Assembly: GCA_040377305.1 (NCBI GenBank)
Contig: JBEIPA010000012.1
Location: forward strand, 64,001 to 128,000
Reading direction: 5' to 3'
Length of the DNA stretch: 64,000 bases
From: Flavobacteriales bacterium
GTDB lineage: Bacteria > Bacteroidota > Bacteroidia > Palsa-965
Shown here: in pieces, positions 7,390 to 17,764 of the stretch
Layout of the letters: the number at the start of each line of letters is the position of its first letter
How positions within the stretch are numbered: the stretch's first letter is position 1
Made by a program: the position numbers and the translations under genes
Notes under the pieces: model-generated
Seen by the model: the letters and a program-made list of their open reading frames with translations, nothing else
Databases searched by the model: none
Told to the model about the DNA's origin: nothing

Positions 7390-9828
7390 TTACTTAGACA
7401 ACTCAATTGCCTCAGGTACAGACACTTGCTCCCCTTTATAGAAAGCAATAATGAAGCATTCCGGGAAGCCCTGAGCACGCATTTTGTCTTTCAGCGCGGT
7501 GATATCGGAATAGCTGGAAGTGCCACCTACTGTGTATCGCGTTAAGCCTTGTGTTGTGGTCGACTTCTTCAGTCCAACCACTTTATCAAACTTCGCCTGA
7601 TCTTCTGCTGATGGAGCATTCTTGTATGCGCCCAACTGAACCTGGAACTCAACAAATCCTTTCGTGCCTGCACCTTGAGCTGTATCAGGTGTCATCGGTT
7701 CAACTTTCATGTAGGTTGCTCCGGCTTTCTCGAGTGGAATTCTCTTTCCTTGTTTATACGCAACAATAAACGCTCCTGAATATCCTTTAACCAACAACGC
7801 AGCTTTCGCATCAGATGCTTCCTGGAATGTTTTGTATGAACCAGACATGTACTTGTAAAGTCCGTCATCCGTCTTGAAGTAAAGTAGATCTGGAACATCT
7901 GCGAATGTTGCTTTGGAAATCGGACGACTGAATGCACCAACCTGAACGCGGAAAGTTAATCCCGTATCATTCGGCATAGTTTTCACACCGCCGTTAGTTC
8001 CACCTGTATTTCCTCCGGTGTTGCCACCTGTATTTCCTCCGGTGTTACCACCAGTATTTCCTCCGGTGTTACCACCTGTATTTCCTCCGGTGTTGCCACC
8101 TGTATTTCCTCCGGTGTTACCACCTGTATTTCCTCCGGTGTTGCCACCTGTATTTCCTCCGGTGTTACCACCTGTATTTCCTCCGGTGTTACCACCTGTA
8201 TTTCCTCCGGTGTTGCCACCAGTATTTCCTCCGGTGTTACCACCTGTATTTCCTCCGGTGTTGCCACCTGTGTTTCCTCCGGTGTTGCCACCTGTATTTC
8301 CTCCGGTGTTGCCACCCGTATTTCCTCCGGTGTTGCCACCTGTATTTCCTCCGGTGTTACCACCTGTATTTCCTGCAGTGTTGCCAGTGAGGCCTGTTAC
8401 TTCAACCAGTTTTCCATCAGCAGTTTTGTATACGATGGTTGGCGTTTTGAATCCTTGTGCTTCCAGTGCTTTTCTTCTGCGTTCAGCTTCTACGAGATCG
8501 TAAAACTTTCCGGCAGTATATGCTGTAGATGAATCATACAACGAGTGCGTTGCAATATCCGGAACGCTGAGAAAACGCATCATCTGTTCATTGGTGATGG
8601 CGCTGTTGTAAGTCCCGAGCGAAACCATATACACTTTCCGTTCTGCTCCACCTGTCCCGGCAGTATTCTGTCCGTTGAGTTTGACATTCACTGAATGGTA
8701 TTCACCGGTTGAATCGTTGTAAAGCAACCAACGCTTGTATACGATTGAATCTGTCAACGCAATTCCATTCTCGTCGGTAAAGAATTCTTTCGGCGATTCT
8801 AGTTCCTTATCGCGATAGTCAGCCGTGTTGTCAATGTCATCATCAAGCGGACAACCGTGTATGTCAACCGAAACTCCAACAGGTGTGAGTGCGCAGGAGT
8901 CTGACAAATCGAATACGCCATCCATATCGTAGTCATCGTCATTGAACACATAAAGGCTGTCTGTCGGTGCGAATGTGTCAATCTCCTCTTTCTCTTGTCC
9001 GGTGAGATTGTAACGCATTCCGAACGAAGTCATCACGAAATGGTCATTCTTAGAATTGCCTTGACGTGCGCCCGTGCTTTGTGCAGTTATTCCGTCAACA
9101 TAATCGGTGAACGTAAAGTGGAATGTGGTTCCAACAACGGCCTGCCAACGGTCGGTCAGGTGCATCGTGAATCCAATTCCAACAGGAACGGCGAAAGAAC
9201 GTTCAGGATATCTTCCGAAGTCATCCGGATTCGTATTGCGCACATCTGTTTCGTACGTGTAATCGCGCACAAGCATAGAAGCCTGCCACGCGAAGGGATC
9301 GCTTTCGTCAATATTACGGATTGATCCATCAGACCAGTAGTAATAACGATTTCCATTTGCATCGAACAAATCTGTCTTCGATAAGAACTCGAACGATTCA
9401 ATACCAACGCTTACCCACGGCATCACGTTTCTTCTCGTGCGAAAGAAATTCTGAAAGTTGTACTCGAAATGAATTCCGCCAACACGAATTGCTGATTCGA
9501 AATTCACATTGCGTGTAATCAAACGTTCATTTGCCCCAAGCTTTCCGAAGCAGGTATAAAATCCGATGTTGAGGTAGGGAGTAAGCGTTTGATGAACCGA
9601 AAGTTCAAATCCAATTCTGCTGACCTGAAAATTTGCAAGATGCTTATCGTACACGTCGCCGTAATACGAGAACATTCCAGTACCAAGACCTACGGTTGGC
9701 TTAAAAACGAAAGGTGCCGGTTCATCGGCTACTTTCTTTTGCCACAGTCGGGGTTGGACTGTATTTTCCCGGCTGTGCATTATTGCTGTATGCAAAACCA
9801 GTAACAGGACGAAGGTTATTCTTCGCAT
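7390..9828 (-). CDS. Outer-membrane beta-barrel + TSP3-like repeats + (GGNT)30 spacer + SPOR domains
   Basis: Barrel-like N-terminus (VGLGTGMFSYYGD...FTFTDYVD); DxDxDGxxD repeats; SPOR-like segments VYMVSLGTY, FRVQVGAF and FQVQLGAY, the last two ending AFIVAYK.GKRI / FIIAFYKGEQV. Confidence 0.8.
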   Translation of the reverse strand: MRRITFVLLLVLHTAIMHSRENTVQPRLWQKKVADEPAPFVFKPTVGLGTGMFSYYGDVYDKHLANFQVSRIGFELSVHQTLTPYLNIGFYTCFGKLGANERLITRNVNFESAIRVGGIHFEYNFQNFFRTRRNVMPWVSVGIESFEFLSKTDLFDANGNRYYYWSDGSIRNIDESDPFAWQASMLVRDYTYETDVRNTNPDDFGRYPERSFAVPVGIGFTMHLTDRWQAVVGTTFHFTFTDYVDGITAQSTGARQGNSKNDHFVMTSFGMRYNLTGQEKEEIDTFAPTDSLYVFNDDDYDMDGVFDLSDSCALTPVGVSVDIHGCPLDDDIDNTADYRDKELESPKEFFTDENGIALTDSIVYKRWLLYNDSTGEYHSVNVKLNGQNTAGTGGAERKVYMVSLGTYNSAITNEQMMRFLSVPDIATHSLYDSSTAYTAGKFYDLVEAERRRKALEAQGFKTPTIVYKTADGKLVEVTGLTGNTAGNTGGNTGGNTGGNTGGNTGGNTGGNTGGNTGGNTGGNTGGNTGGNTGGNTGGNTGGNTGGNTGGNTGGNTGGNTGGNTGGNTGGNTGGNTGGNTGGNTGGNTGGNTGGNTGGNTGGNTGGNTGGTNGGVKTMPNDTGLTFRVQVGAFSRPISKATFADVPDLLYFKTDDGLYKYMSGSYKTFQEASDAKAALLVKGYSGAFIVAYKQGKRIPLEKAGATYMKVEPMTPDTAQGAGTKGFVEFQVQLGAYKNAPSAEDQAKFDKVVGLKKSTTTQGLTRYTVGGTSSYSDITALKDKMRAQGFPECFIIAFYKGEQVSVPEAIELSK
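8005..8364 (-). repeat. In-frame tandem repeat encoding (GGNT)30
   Basis: 15 copies of a 24-bp unit with alternating codons (GGT GGY AAC ACC GGA GGA AAT ACA) and a few synonymous variants. Confidence 0.95.
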
Positions 9829-9924
9829 TAATCTCAAAAATAGCTATTCTAATTCGAATTCTCTTGGTTTTTAACAGCGAAGATCGTCATGACTGCCTAC
9901 GGCCCAACTGCTCACTGCCTACTG

Positions 9925-11343
9925 CTACTTGATCCACTTTTGACTCGTAATCATCAGCGCTTCCTGCACCGTAATTCTCTTACCGCTGCTGTATGCCACT
10001 ACAAACGGACCTTCAACACCTTTTCCACGAACTGTTTCACGGCTATTTCGTGCATCCTGATAAGTTGTGAATGAACCTGTCGTGTACTTATTCAAACCAT
10101 CAACCTGTTCAGCATTCACCGTATTGAGTCCGTATGTGTTCTCGTAATAATTAGTTGGAACACGACGCACCATTGCTGCAACCTGAATCGAGAAAGAAAC
10201 ACCTTGAGTCTTATTCACGATAGGATCCTGTTGCGTATCTCCGGTGTTTCCGTCATTACCGGTGTTTCCGTCATTGCCCGTGTTGCCTGTATTTTCTGTA
10301 ACCGGATCTTGCCCCGACTTGTTTCCGTTGGCATCGTTCCCCGTGTTTCCGTCGTTACCGGTATTGCCATCATTCCCTGTATTTCCAGTGTTCCCTGTGT
10401 TTCCAATGTTCCCTGTGTTTCCAATGTTCCCTGTGTTTCCTGTATTGCCCGTGTTACCCGTGTTACCGGTATTATTATTTCCAACGATAGCTTCGTTCGC
10501 TTTCATTTCAATAACTGCAGGAGCAATATTCACCAGCTTGTTATCCATGTTCTCGATGTACGAAACGTGTCCGTTGATGGTATAACGCCCAGCTACATCA
10601 GGAGATACAATAACTTTATACTGGGCATGCAATGTTGCGCTCGCCTTGTTTGGATTGTACCACTGCAAACGCACAATTCCATTCTCAAAAGACCAGTCGC
10701 CACCATCGTTCATGACCGACTTTGCAATGAATCCTTCCGGCAATGTATCCTGGAGCTTGATGAAGCTGCTGAGATCGCCCTTTTGTATAGTGATATCAAC
10801 AATGAATTCTCCGGTTACAGGTTCAGTGGGAACAATACGCGTTACTGTAACACTTGCTGCTGGATTTGCAGTCGAATCGTTGGTCTCCGGAATGTAGTTG
10901 CCGTTGTTTTGGGTTCCCGCGTTACCGACAATGAGTTTCATGGGATCAAGTACTATATGACTCGGTAGATTGTCTACTGTATGCGAAAGTTTTTGTGTGC
11001 ATTCAAACGTCCCTTCCGCATCTGACGGAGGTGTAAGCTTGAAGGAAACATTCAGTTCTTCGCGCACACCAACACGTGACCAAAGAAATTTTACGGTGCG
11101 ATCTTCAAACATGAAAGAAGATCCGTCTTCTTCAATCTTTTCTGCTGTCCATCCTTCGGGAATTACCATGGAATAACGAAGCAGCTTATCAACTCCGTTT
11201 GGATCAATTTTCACCTTCACTATCACGCTCTCGCCCTTATTAATCGAAGCAGGAGCCGTAATGGTTGCAGAAGGACCTCCCGCGAGCAGAGAAAAAATCC
11301 ACACAGCTAAAAAGTTCAACGCAAATATCAGTCCTCGTATCAT
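9925..11343 (-). CDS. Membrane-anchored protein with two beta-sandwich-like domains, GN[T/I/D] repeat linker and C-terminal SPOR-like domain
   Basis: N-terminal TM; two similar domains containing IPEGW/LPEGF and VKFLW/VRLQW; GNT repeats at ~10240-10480; FSIQVAA...PFVVAYSSGKRITVQEA. Confidence 0.75.
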   Translation of the reverse strand: MIRGLIFALNFLAVWIFSLLAGGPSATITAPASINKGESVIVKVKIDPNGVDKLLRYSMVIPEGWTAEKIEEDGSSFMFEDRTVKFLWSRVGVREELNVSFKLTPPSDAEGTFECTQKLSHTVDNLPSHIVLDPMKLIVGNAGTQNNGNYIPETNDSTANPAASVTVTRIVPTEPVTGEFIVDITIQKGDLSSFIKLQDTLPEGFIAKSVMNDGGDWSFENGIVRLQWYNPNKASATLHAQYKVIVSPDVAGRYTINGHVSYIENMDNKLVNIAPAVIEMKANEAIVGNNNTGNTGNTGNTGNTGNIGNTGNIGNTGNTGNTGNDGNTGNDGNTGNDANGNKSGQDPVTENTGNTGNDGNTGNDGNTGDTQQDPIVNKTQGVSFSIQVAAMVRRVPTNYYENTYGLNTVNAEQVDGLNKYTTGSFTTYQDARNSRETVRGKGVEGPFVVAYSSGKRITVQEALMITSQKWIK

Positions 11344-11361
11344 AGTTTCCCTTATTTGTAA

Positions 11362-12567
11362 TTATTGTTCGAAGTAGTAGTCAATCAGCTGATTGATTTT
11401 TTCTGCAGTCCAACCGCCTTTATCATCAAAGAAATCATCTACCACAGAATCAATTTCATCAGCCGTTATCATACAGTTGCTATCGTAATCAGCCGCGCGA
11501 AATTCTTCAGGAATGCAATTCGGGTTAATTACATTTCCGAGACTGTCGAGTTGAGTGAGTGTAGTTGTTACTCCATCCTTATCAACCGGCGTGTTTTTAG
11601 CCGTGTTCTGTTCTTTGTCGCGATAATCAGGAACTCCGTCTTCATCATTATCAGGCGGACATCCATTGCGATTTACCTGAACACCCGATGGAGTTCCTGC
11701 GCACAGATCATCCGCATCGCGAACACCGTCTTTGTCGGAGTCTTCGTTCAGAATATCAGATCCGTTGGTGCGGTCTGCTTTCGGACCACGTGAATTGAAT
11801 TGATAATAGATGGAAACACTCGCATACATCCAACTGTCGTTGCGGTCAAACTTGAAGTTGTCAATGTAATCGCTGAACGTAAGATTGTATGTAGCGCGAA
11901 AATCAGCACCAACATGTCTGTTGAATTTGAACTTCGTACCAACGCTCAGTGGAATTCCCATTGTGCTTCGCGTGTAATTCACTGCGCTGTCGGTGAGCTG
12001 AGTTTCGTAAGTGTAATCGCGGGTGAGATAATTCGATATGAAATTTGCATTGGGTGCGCTTTCATTCACATCGCGAATAGTTCCGTCAGACCAGTAGTGG
12101 TACGTTGAATCATTCGCCGCTTTCAGATCGCCATACGGATCAAAACTCATCCACATAAATCCAACACCCAGGTAAGGACCGACTGTTGCGCGCCGCGACA
12201 GAATGAAATCATTGTCGAGATTAAACATCAGTCCGCCACCAACGCTGATGAATTGTGTTGTGAAATTTCTGTTGAATGCAACTGAACGTTCATTGGCGGT
12301 TAGCGTACCATATACTCCGTATAATTCTGCACCCAGTGTTCCAAGAAAACGTTGTTCTATTCCAAAACGAAAACCGGTTCTGAATGATCCTCCGGTTCCT
12401 TTGGTTGGAGCAATATCTCCACGGAAGTAAGTGAGTCCCGCACCAACTCCAAGGAGTGGAAGTTCTTTGTGTTCAGGATCGGATTGAGCCGACAAAGTTG
12501 TGGTCGCGCAGAATATGGGCACGATACAGAGCAAGGGAAGCAGCTTAATGGTTTGGTTCAAATCCAA
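11362..12567 (-). CDS. Outer-membrane beta-barrel protein with TSP3-like repeats and EF-hand-like tail (paralog of 7390-9828)
   Basis: GVGAGLTYFRGD; YNLTFSDYIDN; DSDKDGVRD...DNDEDGVPDYRDKE; ADYDSNCMITADE loop. TTG start. Confidence 0.75.
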   Translation of the reverse strand: MDLNQTIKLLPLLCIVPIFCATTTLSAQSDPEHKELPLLGVGAGLTYFRGDIAPTKGTGGSFRTGFRFGIEQRFLGTLGAELYGVYGTLTANERSVAFNRNFTTQFISVGGGLMFNLDNDFILSRRATVGPYLGVGFMWMSFDPYGDLKAANDSTYHYWSDGTIRDVNESAPNANFISNYLTRDYTYETQLTDSAVNYTRSTMGIPLSVGTKFKFNRHVGADFRATYNLTFSDYIDNFKFDRNDSWMYASVSIYYQFNSRGPKADRTNGSDILNEDSDKDGVRDADDLCAGTPSGVQVNRNGCPPDNDEDGVPDYRDKEQNTAKNTPVDKDGVTTTLTQLDSLGNVINPNCIPEEFRAADYDSNCMITADEIDSVVDDFFDDKGGWTAEKINQLIDYYFEQ

Positions 12568-12586
12568 TGGGTTTATGCGTACCCAA

Positions 12587-12594
12587 CAAATCTA
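12587..12594 (-). promoter_or_regulatory. -7 element for the barrel/SPOR operon
   Basis: TAGATTTG on the minus strand about 20 nt upstream of the start at 12567. Confidence 0.45.
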
Positions 12595-12824
12595 TACTTG
12601 CAGTGCGCGCACAACGGCCGACGTTATTCACAATTACCAACATGAAAATGTGAATACGACAATGAACGAAACGATGAAAGCCCCGTCGATAGAGGCTTTC
12701 AGAGGTTTTGAAGAATGATGTTGTAGTGTTAGTCGTTATTCACATTTGACTGTTAGCGAATGTTCCTTGATACGTTCCACGAATGTGTGGCTCAAGCTTT
12801 CGCTGAGTCTTAGCGTCGCTACGA

Positions 12825-13538
12825 TTAAAAGTTCGGCTTAAGGAGGTAATGCGAGTAGAAGTCGTTAATGATCTTCACTGCATCATCTGCCGTGTCTACC
12901 ACATGAAACAACTGCAGATCGGAAGGATTGATGTTGTGCTCTTTCTCCAGCATAGTATGCTTTATCCAATCGAGGAGTCCGCTCCAGTATGCAGTGCCTA
13001 CAAGAATTACCGGAAAGTTGGCAATCTTCGATGTTTGAACAAGCGTCAACGATTCGAAGAGCTCATCCAGTGTTCCGAATCCGCCGGGCATTGCAATGAA
13101 TCCCTGGCTGTATTTCAGAAAGATTGTTTTGCGAATGAAGAAGTAGTCGAAGTTGATATTCTTGTCGAGATCAACGTAAATGTTCGACGACTGTTCAAAC
13201 GGCAAACGAATGTTGAGTCCAACCGATTTTCCTTTCGCTGTCTTTGCGCCCTTGTTCCCGGCTTCCATAATTCCCGGACCACCACCTGTGATAATTCCGT
13301 AACCTTCCTGCGTGAGACGCAATGCAATTTCTTCCGCGAGTTTGTAGTAGGGACTATCGGGTTTTGTTCGTGCAGATCCGAAAATTGAAACACACGGTCC
13401 GATCTTCGCCATCTTCTCAAATCCTTCAACGAACTCCGACATGATTTTAAAAATCTGCCAGGAGTTTCCGGCTTTAATCTCATTCCAATCTTTTTCAGCA
13501 AATGCGCGCCGGATTTTTTCTTCTTGATTCTCAGTCAT
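12825..13538 (-). CDS. LOG family (TIGR00730-type) nucleotide phosphoribohydrolase
   Basis: VSIFGSART, ITGGGPGIMEA, RKTIF and the PGGFGTLDE signature. Confidence 0.92.
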   Translation of the reverse strand: MTENQEEKIRRAFAEKDWNEIKAGNSWQIFKIMSEFVEGFEKMAKIGPCVSIFGSARTKPDSPYYKLAEEIALRLTQEGYGIITGGGPGIMEAGNKGAKTAKGKSVGLNIRLPFEQSSNIYVDLDKNINFDYFFIRKTIFLKYSQGFIAMPGGFGTLDELFESLTLVQTSKIANFPVILVGTAYWSGLLDWIKHTMLEKEHNINPSDLQLFHVVDTADDAVKIINDFYSHYLLKPNF

Positions 13539-13690
13539 AAAAATTCTATAGGGTTATTCTCTTAATCTCTGGGATGAACTGTTGAGATATGTTTAGCAAA
13601 CAACTTGCCATGTTAGTGAGGACAGTTGTTATACGGCCACAATAACATGATGTTTCAGAATAAATGCAAATGCGCCTAAATCGGAGTGAA

Positions 13691-16540
13691 TTACGGCATT
13701 TCCAGTTCTTCTTTCAAAAACTTCGCAGTAAAGCTCACCTTATTCTTCGCAACAATTTCCGGGGTTCCGGCAGCAAGAATTTGTCCGCCCCCGCTTCCGC
13801 CTTCAGGACCAAGATCAATGACGTAGTCGGCAACTTTGATGATGTCTAAGTTGTGTTCGATCACAAGAACGGTGTTGCCTTGATCAACGAGCTTCTGCAA
13901 GACTTCAAGAAGAATGCGAATGTCTTCGAAATGCAATCCTGTTGTTGGTTCGTCGAGCAGATACAACGTATTTCCGGTTTGCTTCTTCGCTAATTCGGTT
14001 GCAAGCTTCACTCGTTGTGCTTCACCACCGGAAAGCGTGGTACTTTGCTGTCCAAGTGTAATGTAACCTAGACCAACATCAAACATTGCTTTTACGCGTG
14101 CGAGAATTGAAGGATGCGCTTCGAAAAATTCAACAGCTTGTTCAATCGTAAGATCAAGTACATCGCTGATTGATTTTCCTTTGAAACGAATTTCCAGCGT
14201 TTCACGATTATAGCGTTTGCCATTGCAGCTTTCGCAATGAACATAAACGTCCGGAAGAAAGTTCATCTCAATGGTCCGCAAGCCTGCTCCCTGACATGTT
14301 TCGCAACGACCACCTTTTACATTGAAAGAGAATCGGCCGGGCTTGTAACCACGGATTTTCGCTTCAGGCAACTCGGAGAAAAGCAACCGAATATCGGAGA
14401 ACACATTCGTGTACGTTGCCGGATTCGAACGTGGAGTTCTTCCGATTGGCGACTGATCAATGTCAATCACTTTATCGATATACTCGAGCCCGTGAATTTT
14501 CTTGTATGGTAACGGACGTTTCTCTGAGCGGTAAAAATGTTTGCCGAGAATAGGGTAGAGGGTTTCATTAATCAGCGAAGACTTTCCACTACCACTCACG
14601 CCAGTTACACAAATGAAACGACCGAGCGGCAACTCGACAGTTACATTTTTGAGGTTGTGACCTGTACAGCCATCGAGTACAATTGACTTGCCATTTCCTT
14701 TACGTCGCTCTTTCGGAATTGCAATGGAACGTTTACCCGTGATGTAATCCGCCGTAAGCGTATCGAATTTGATCAGTTCTTCCGGAGTTCCTTGTGCAAC
14801 AATGTGTCCGCCATGCACACCTGCTTTCGGACCAATGTCGAGCACGTGATCGGCACACATAATCATTTCCTTGTCGTGTTCAACCACAAGAACAGAATTA
14901 CCGATGTCGCGCAAATTCTTCAATGCGTCAATCAATCGGACATTATCGCGTTGATGCAATCCAATACTCGGCTCGTCGAGAATGTACAACACACCGACAA
15001 GCTGAGAACCGATTTGTGTTGCCAAACGAATGCGTTGCGCTTCTCCACCCGAAAGTGAACGCGAACTGCGATTGATCTGCAAATAATTCAATCCTACATC
15101 AAGCAGAAAGCCAAGTCGTGCACGAATTTCTTTCAACACTTCCTGGCCGATGCTTTTCTGACGGTCACTGATTCGTTTTTCAACACCCGTAAACCACTTC
15201 TGCAAATCTTCAAGTCCCATTGCAGATAACTCCGCGATGTTCTTCTCGTTGATGCGGAAATATAAGGCCTCTTTCTTCAATCGCGATCCTTCACACTTCG
15301 GACAAACCGATTCGTTCATGTATTCCTGCGCCCACTTCTGCACATTCGAAGAACCTTCCTGTTCCTGTCGCGCAAGAAAATTCACAACACCCTCGAACGA
15401 CATGGAATAACTCGTGCCGGTGCTTTGCTGTTCGCTTTTCACCTTGAGCATTTCGTCGGTACCAAACAGAATAGCATTCAATCCGTCTTCCGGAATATCT
15501 TTCACCGGATCAGCAAGCTTGAATCCGAATTTATGTGCGATTGCTTCGAGCTGGGCAAAGATCCAGTTATTGCGATGCTCACCAATAGGAACAATCGCTC
15601 CCGACTTGATGCTTCGCGTTTTATTCGGAATGATCTTGTTGATGTCAATCTCGAGGATGTGTCCGAGTCCGTTGCAACGTGTACACGCCCCATAAGGAGA
15701 GTTAAACGAAAACAAATTCGGAGCAGGATCGTCGTAAGCAATTCCGGAGGTTGGGCACATCAAATGTCGGCTGAAGTGACGCGCCTCGTTTTTGTTCTGT
15801 TCGGCAACCATCATCGTGCCTTTGCCATGACGCAAAGCAAGTTTGATAGAGTCGACCACACGTTGCTTGTCGTCTTCTTTCACTTCCAGACGATCGATTA
15901 CTATTTCAATGTCGTGTACTTTGTAACGGTCGAGTTGTACACGCGAAGTGAGTTCAAGAATCTCTCCGTCAACACGTGCACGAAGAAATCCTTGTTTGCG
16001 GATGTGCTCAAACAACTCACGGTAATGCCCTTTGCGTCCTTTGACAACGGGAGCGAGGATAAATATTTTCTTCTTCGCGTACGTTGTTAGAATAAGATCA
16101 ACAATCTGTTCATCCGAATAGCGAACCATCTTCTCGCCCGTAACGTACGAGTAAGCATCACCGGCACGTGCAAACAGCAGTCGAAGAAAATCGTAGATCT
16201 CCGTGATTGTTCCGACTGTTGAACGTGGATTCTTATTGATCGTTTTCTGTTCGATAGAAATTACAGGACTCAATCCGGTAATCTTGTCTACATCCGGGCG
16301 TTCAAGATCACCCAGGAACTGACGCGCATAAGCAGAAAACGTTTCGATATAGCGACGTTGTCCTTCTGCATAAATGGTATCGAATGCAAGCGACGACTTT
16401 CCGCTTCCGCTCAAACCCGTAATTACAACCAGTTTGTTGCGAGGAATGGAAACTGAAACGTTTTTCAGGTTGTGCACTCTCGCACCGGATACTTCCAGTG
16501 TTTCGCTTTCACTTTCTGCAATGGCAGGTAAATTCTTCAT
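13691..16540 (-). CDS. uvrA: Excinuclease ABC subunit A
   Basis: Two ABC ATPase domains ([18 protein letters not shown], two LSGGEAQR) and CxxC zinc fingers; 949 aa. Confidence 0.99.
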   Translation of the reverse strand: MKNLPAIAESESETLEVSGARVHNLKNVSVSIPRNKLVVITGLSGSGKSSLAFDTIYAEGQRRYIETFSAYARQFLGDLERPDVDKITGLSPVISIEQKTINKNPRSTVGTITEIYDFLRLLFARAGDAYSYVTGEKMVRYSDEQIVDLILTTYAKKKIFILAPVVKGRKGHYRELFEHIRKQGFLRARVDGEILELTSRVQLDRYKVHDIEIVIDRLEVKEDDKQRVVDSIKLALRHGKGTMMVAEQNKNEARHFSRHLMCPTSGIAYDDPAPNLFSFNSPYGACTRCNGLGHILEIDINKIIPNKTRSIKSGAIVPIGEHRNNWIFAQLEAIAHKFGFKLADPVKDIPEDGLNAILFGTDEMLKVKSEQQSTGTSYSMSFEGVVNFLARQEQEGSSNVQKWAQEYMNESVCPKCEGSRLKKEALYFRINEKNIAELSAMGLEDLQKWFTGVEKRISDRQKSIGQEVLKEIRARLGFLLDVGLNYLQINRSSRSLSGGEAQRIRLATQIGSQLVGVLYILDEPSIGLHQRDNVRLIDALKNLRDIGNSVLVVEHDKEMIMCADHVLDIGPKAGVHGGHIVAQGTPEELIKFDTLTADYITGKRSIAIPKERRKGNGKSIVLDGCTGHNLKNVTVELPLGRFICVTGVSGSGKSSLINETLYPILGKHFYRSEKRPLPYKKIHGLEYIDKVIDIDQSPIGRTPRSNPATYTNVFSDIRLLFSELPEAKIRGYKPGRFSFNVKGGRCETCQGAGLRTIEMNFLPDVYVHCESCNGKRYNRETLEIRFKGKSISDVLDLTIEQAVEFFEAHPSILARVKAMFDVGLGYITLGQQSTTLSGGEAQRVKLATELAKKQTGNTLYLLDEPTTGLHFEDIRILLEVLQKLVDQGNTVLVIEHNLDIIKVADYVIDLGPEGGSGGGQILAAGTPEIVAKNKVSFTAKFLKEELEMP

Positions 16541-16549
16541 ACTACTTCC

Positions 16550-17764
16550 TTATCGGCGAGGAATTGCAATCTCTTCACCGGCAACCGGCTCCTTGCTCTC
16601 ATCACGTTTGTTAAACTCTAAAATGTATTCTTTGGTGATTCCAAATTTGTCCGAAATCGATTTCCACGTGTCGCCCGCAACAACGGTGTAGAAGATTGAT
16701 CGTGCGGTTGAATCTGCTGTCACTTCGGCTTGCGTTACGTATTTGGATGTATCGGTAATGGTCATGCTATTCGGAGGTAAAACATCCTCTTCTAGTCCAT
16801 ACAATGCTGCACCTTTCGCAGGCAATTGTATCGTGTATTTCTTGTTCGAAGTGTTTGCCAGGGAACTATTCAGCAGCCAGGGATTTAATGTTTTGAGAAT
16901 CTTGTAGGTTGTACCGTTTGCAATGGCGAAGGCAGCAAGATCTGTAATCGCAGAATCTACAATTACTTTGTTCACCGGAATGGCGGGATACAAATCTGAT
17001 TTACGCAGATGATATCCATACGCTTTTGGACGTGAAATAATTTCTTTCAACGCAACGATCCGGTAAATGTAACGAGCCGTTTCTTCGTTCAGATACAGAT
17101 TGTAGTAACTATCTGTTTGCTGTTTTGACATGGCTTTGTCGATTCCGCCCATGCCCAGATTGTATGAAGCAGCAGCCATGGTCCAGTTGCCGTAATGCTT
17201 GTATGCATCGAGTAATACTTCGCACGCTGCTTGTGTTGCCTTCTCCACGTTGTAGCGTTCATCTACTTCGTCTGAAACTTCCAGACCATAGTAGTCGGCA
17301 GTGGCTTTCATGATTTGCCAGAATCCGGTTGCTTTCTGTGGCGAAACTGCATTGGTCAATCCGCTTTCAGCAAGTGCAATGTATTTCATATCATCAGGAA
17401 CTCCATTCTGTTTGAGTATGGGTTCGATCACCGGAAACCAACGGGAAGCACGCTTATGTAACAACACCGTTTGCGACTGCCAATACGTGTTCACAAGAAG
17501 TTCACGTTCCATCGCTTCACGTACGGTGAAATCGGTAATTGGAATTTGCTCTCCGCAGAAATTAATGTCTTTCGGAATCGTAATGCCGAACACCTTGTAG
17601 TTCGATGCGAAGTAGGAACGGTAATCCTCATCACTTACTGCATCGTCTGTCGAAAAGTTAAACAACTTGATCATGATCACCAGCAGCATAAGTGCAGGAA
17701 CCGCGAACAGGTGTTTATACCAACGCCTGAGGAAATCAGTTATTTTTTCCGTTCTCTTTTTCAT
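16550..17764 (-). CDS. Lytic murein transglycosylase (SLT/MltD-like) with LysM domain
   Basis: YIALAESGL catalytic Glu; ATGFWQIM; AASYNLG; C-terminal [13 protein letters not shown] LysM. Start set at ATG 17764, overlapping the wecA end. Confidence 0.9.
   Translation of the reverse strand: MKKRTEKITDFLRRWYKHLFAVPALMLLVIMIKLFNFSTDDAVSDEDYRSYFASNYKVFGITIPKDINFCGEQIPITDFTVREAMERELLVNTYWQSQTVLLHKRASRWFPVIEPILKQNGVPDDMKYIALAESGLTNAVSPQKATGFWQIMKATADYYGLEVSDEVDERYNVEKATQAACEVLLDAYKHYGNWTMAAASYNLGMGGIDKAMSKQQTDSYYNLYLNEETARYIYRIVALKEIISRPKAYGYHLRKSDLYPAIPVNKVIVDSAITDLAAFAIANGTTYKILKTLNPWLLNSSLANTSNKKYTIQLPAKGAALYGLEEDVLPPNSMTITDTSKYVTQAEVTADSTARSIFYTVVAGDTWKSISDKFGITKEYILEFNKRDESKEPVAGEEIAIPRR

Noticed and set aside
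8005-8364. Possible CRISPR array
   Set aside because: The units are contiguous with no unique spacers, lie in frame in a CDS, and no cas genes are present.
8018-8503. Plus-strand ORF (PPVFPPVL)n and minus-strand ORF 7983-8363 (TPEEIQV)n
   Set aside because: These are shadow frames of the stop-free GGNT repeat inside a real 7390-9828 gene.
12761-12790. parS-like sequence (GTTCCACG)
   Set aside because: Only a half-site; the palindromic second half is absent.
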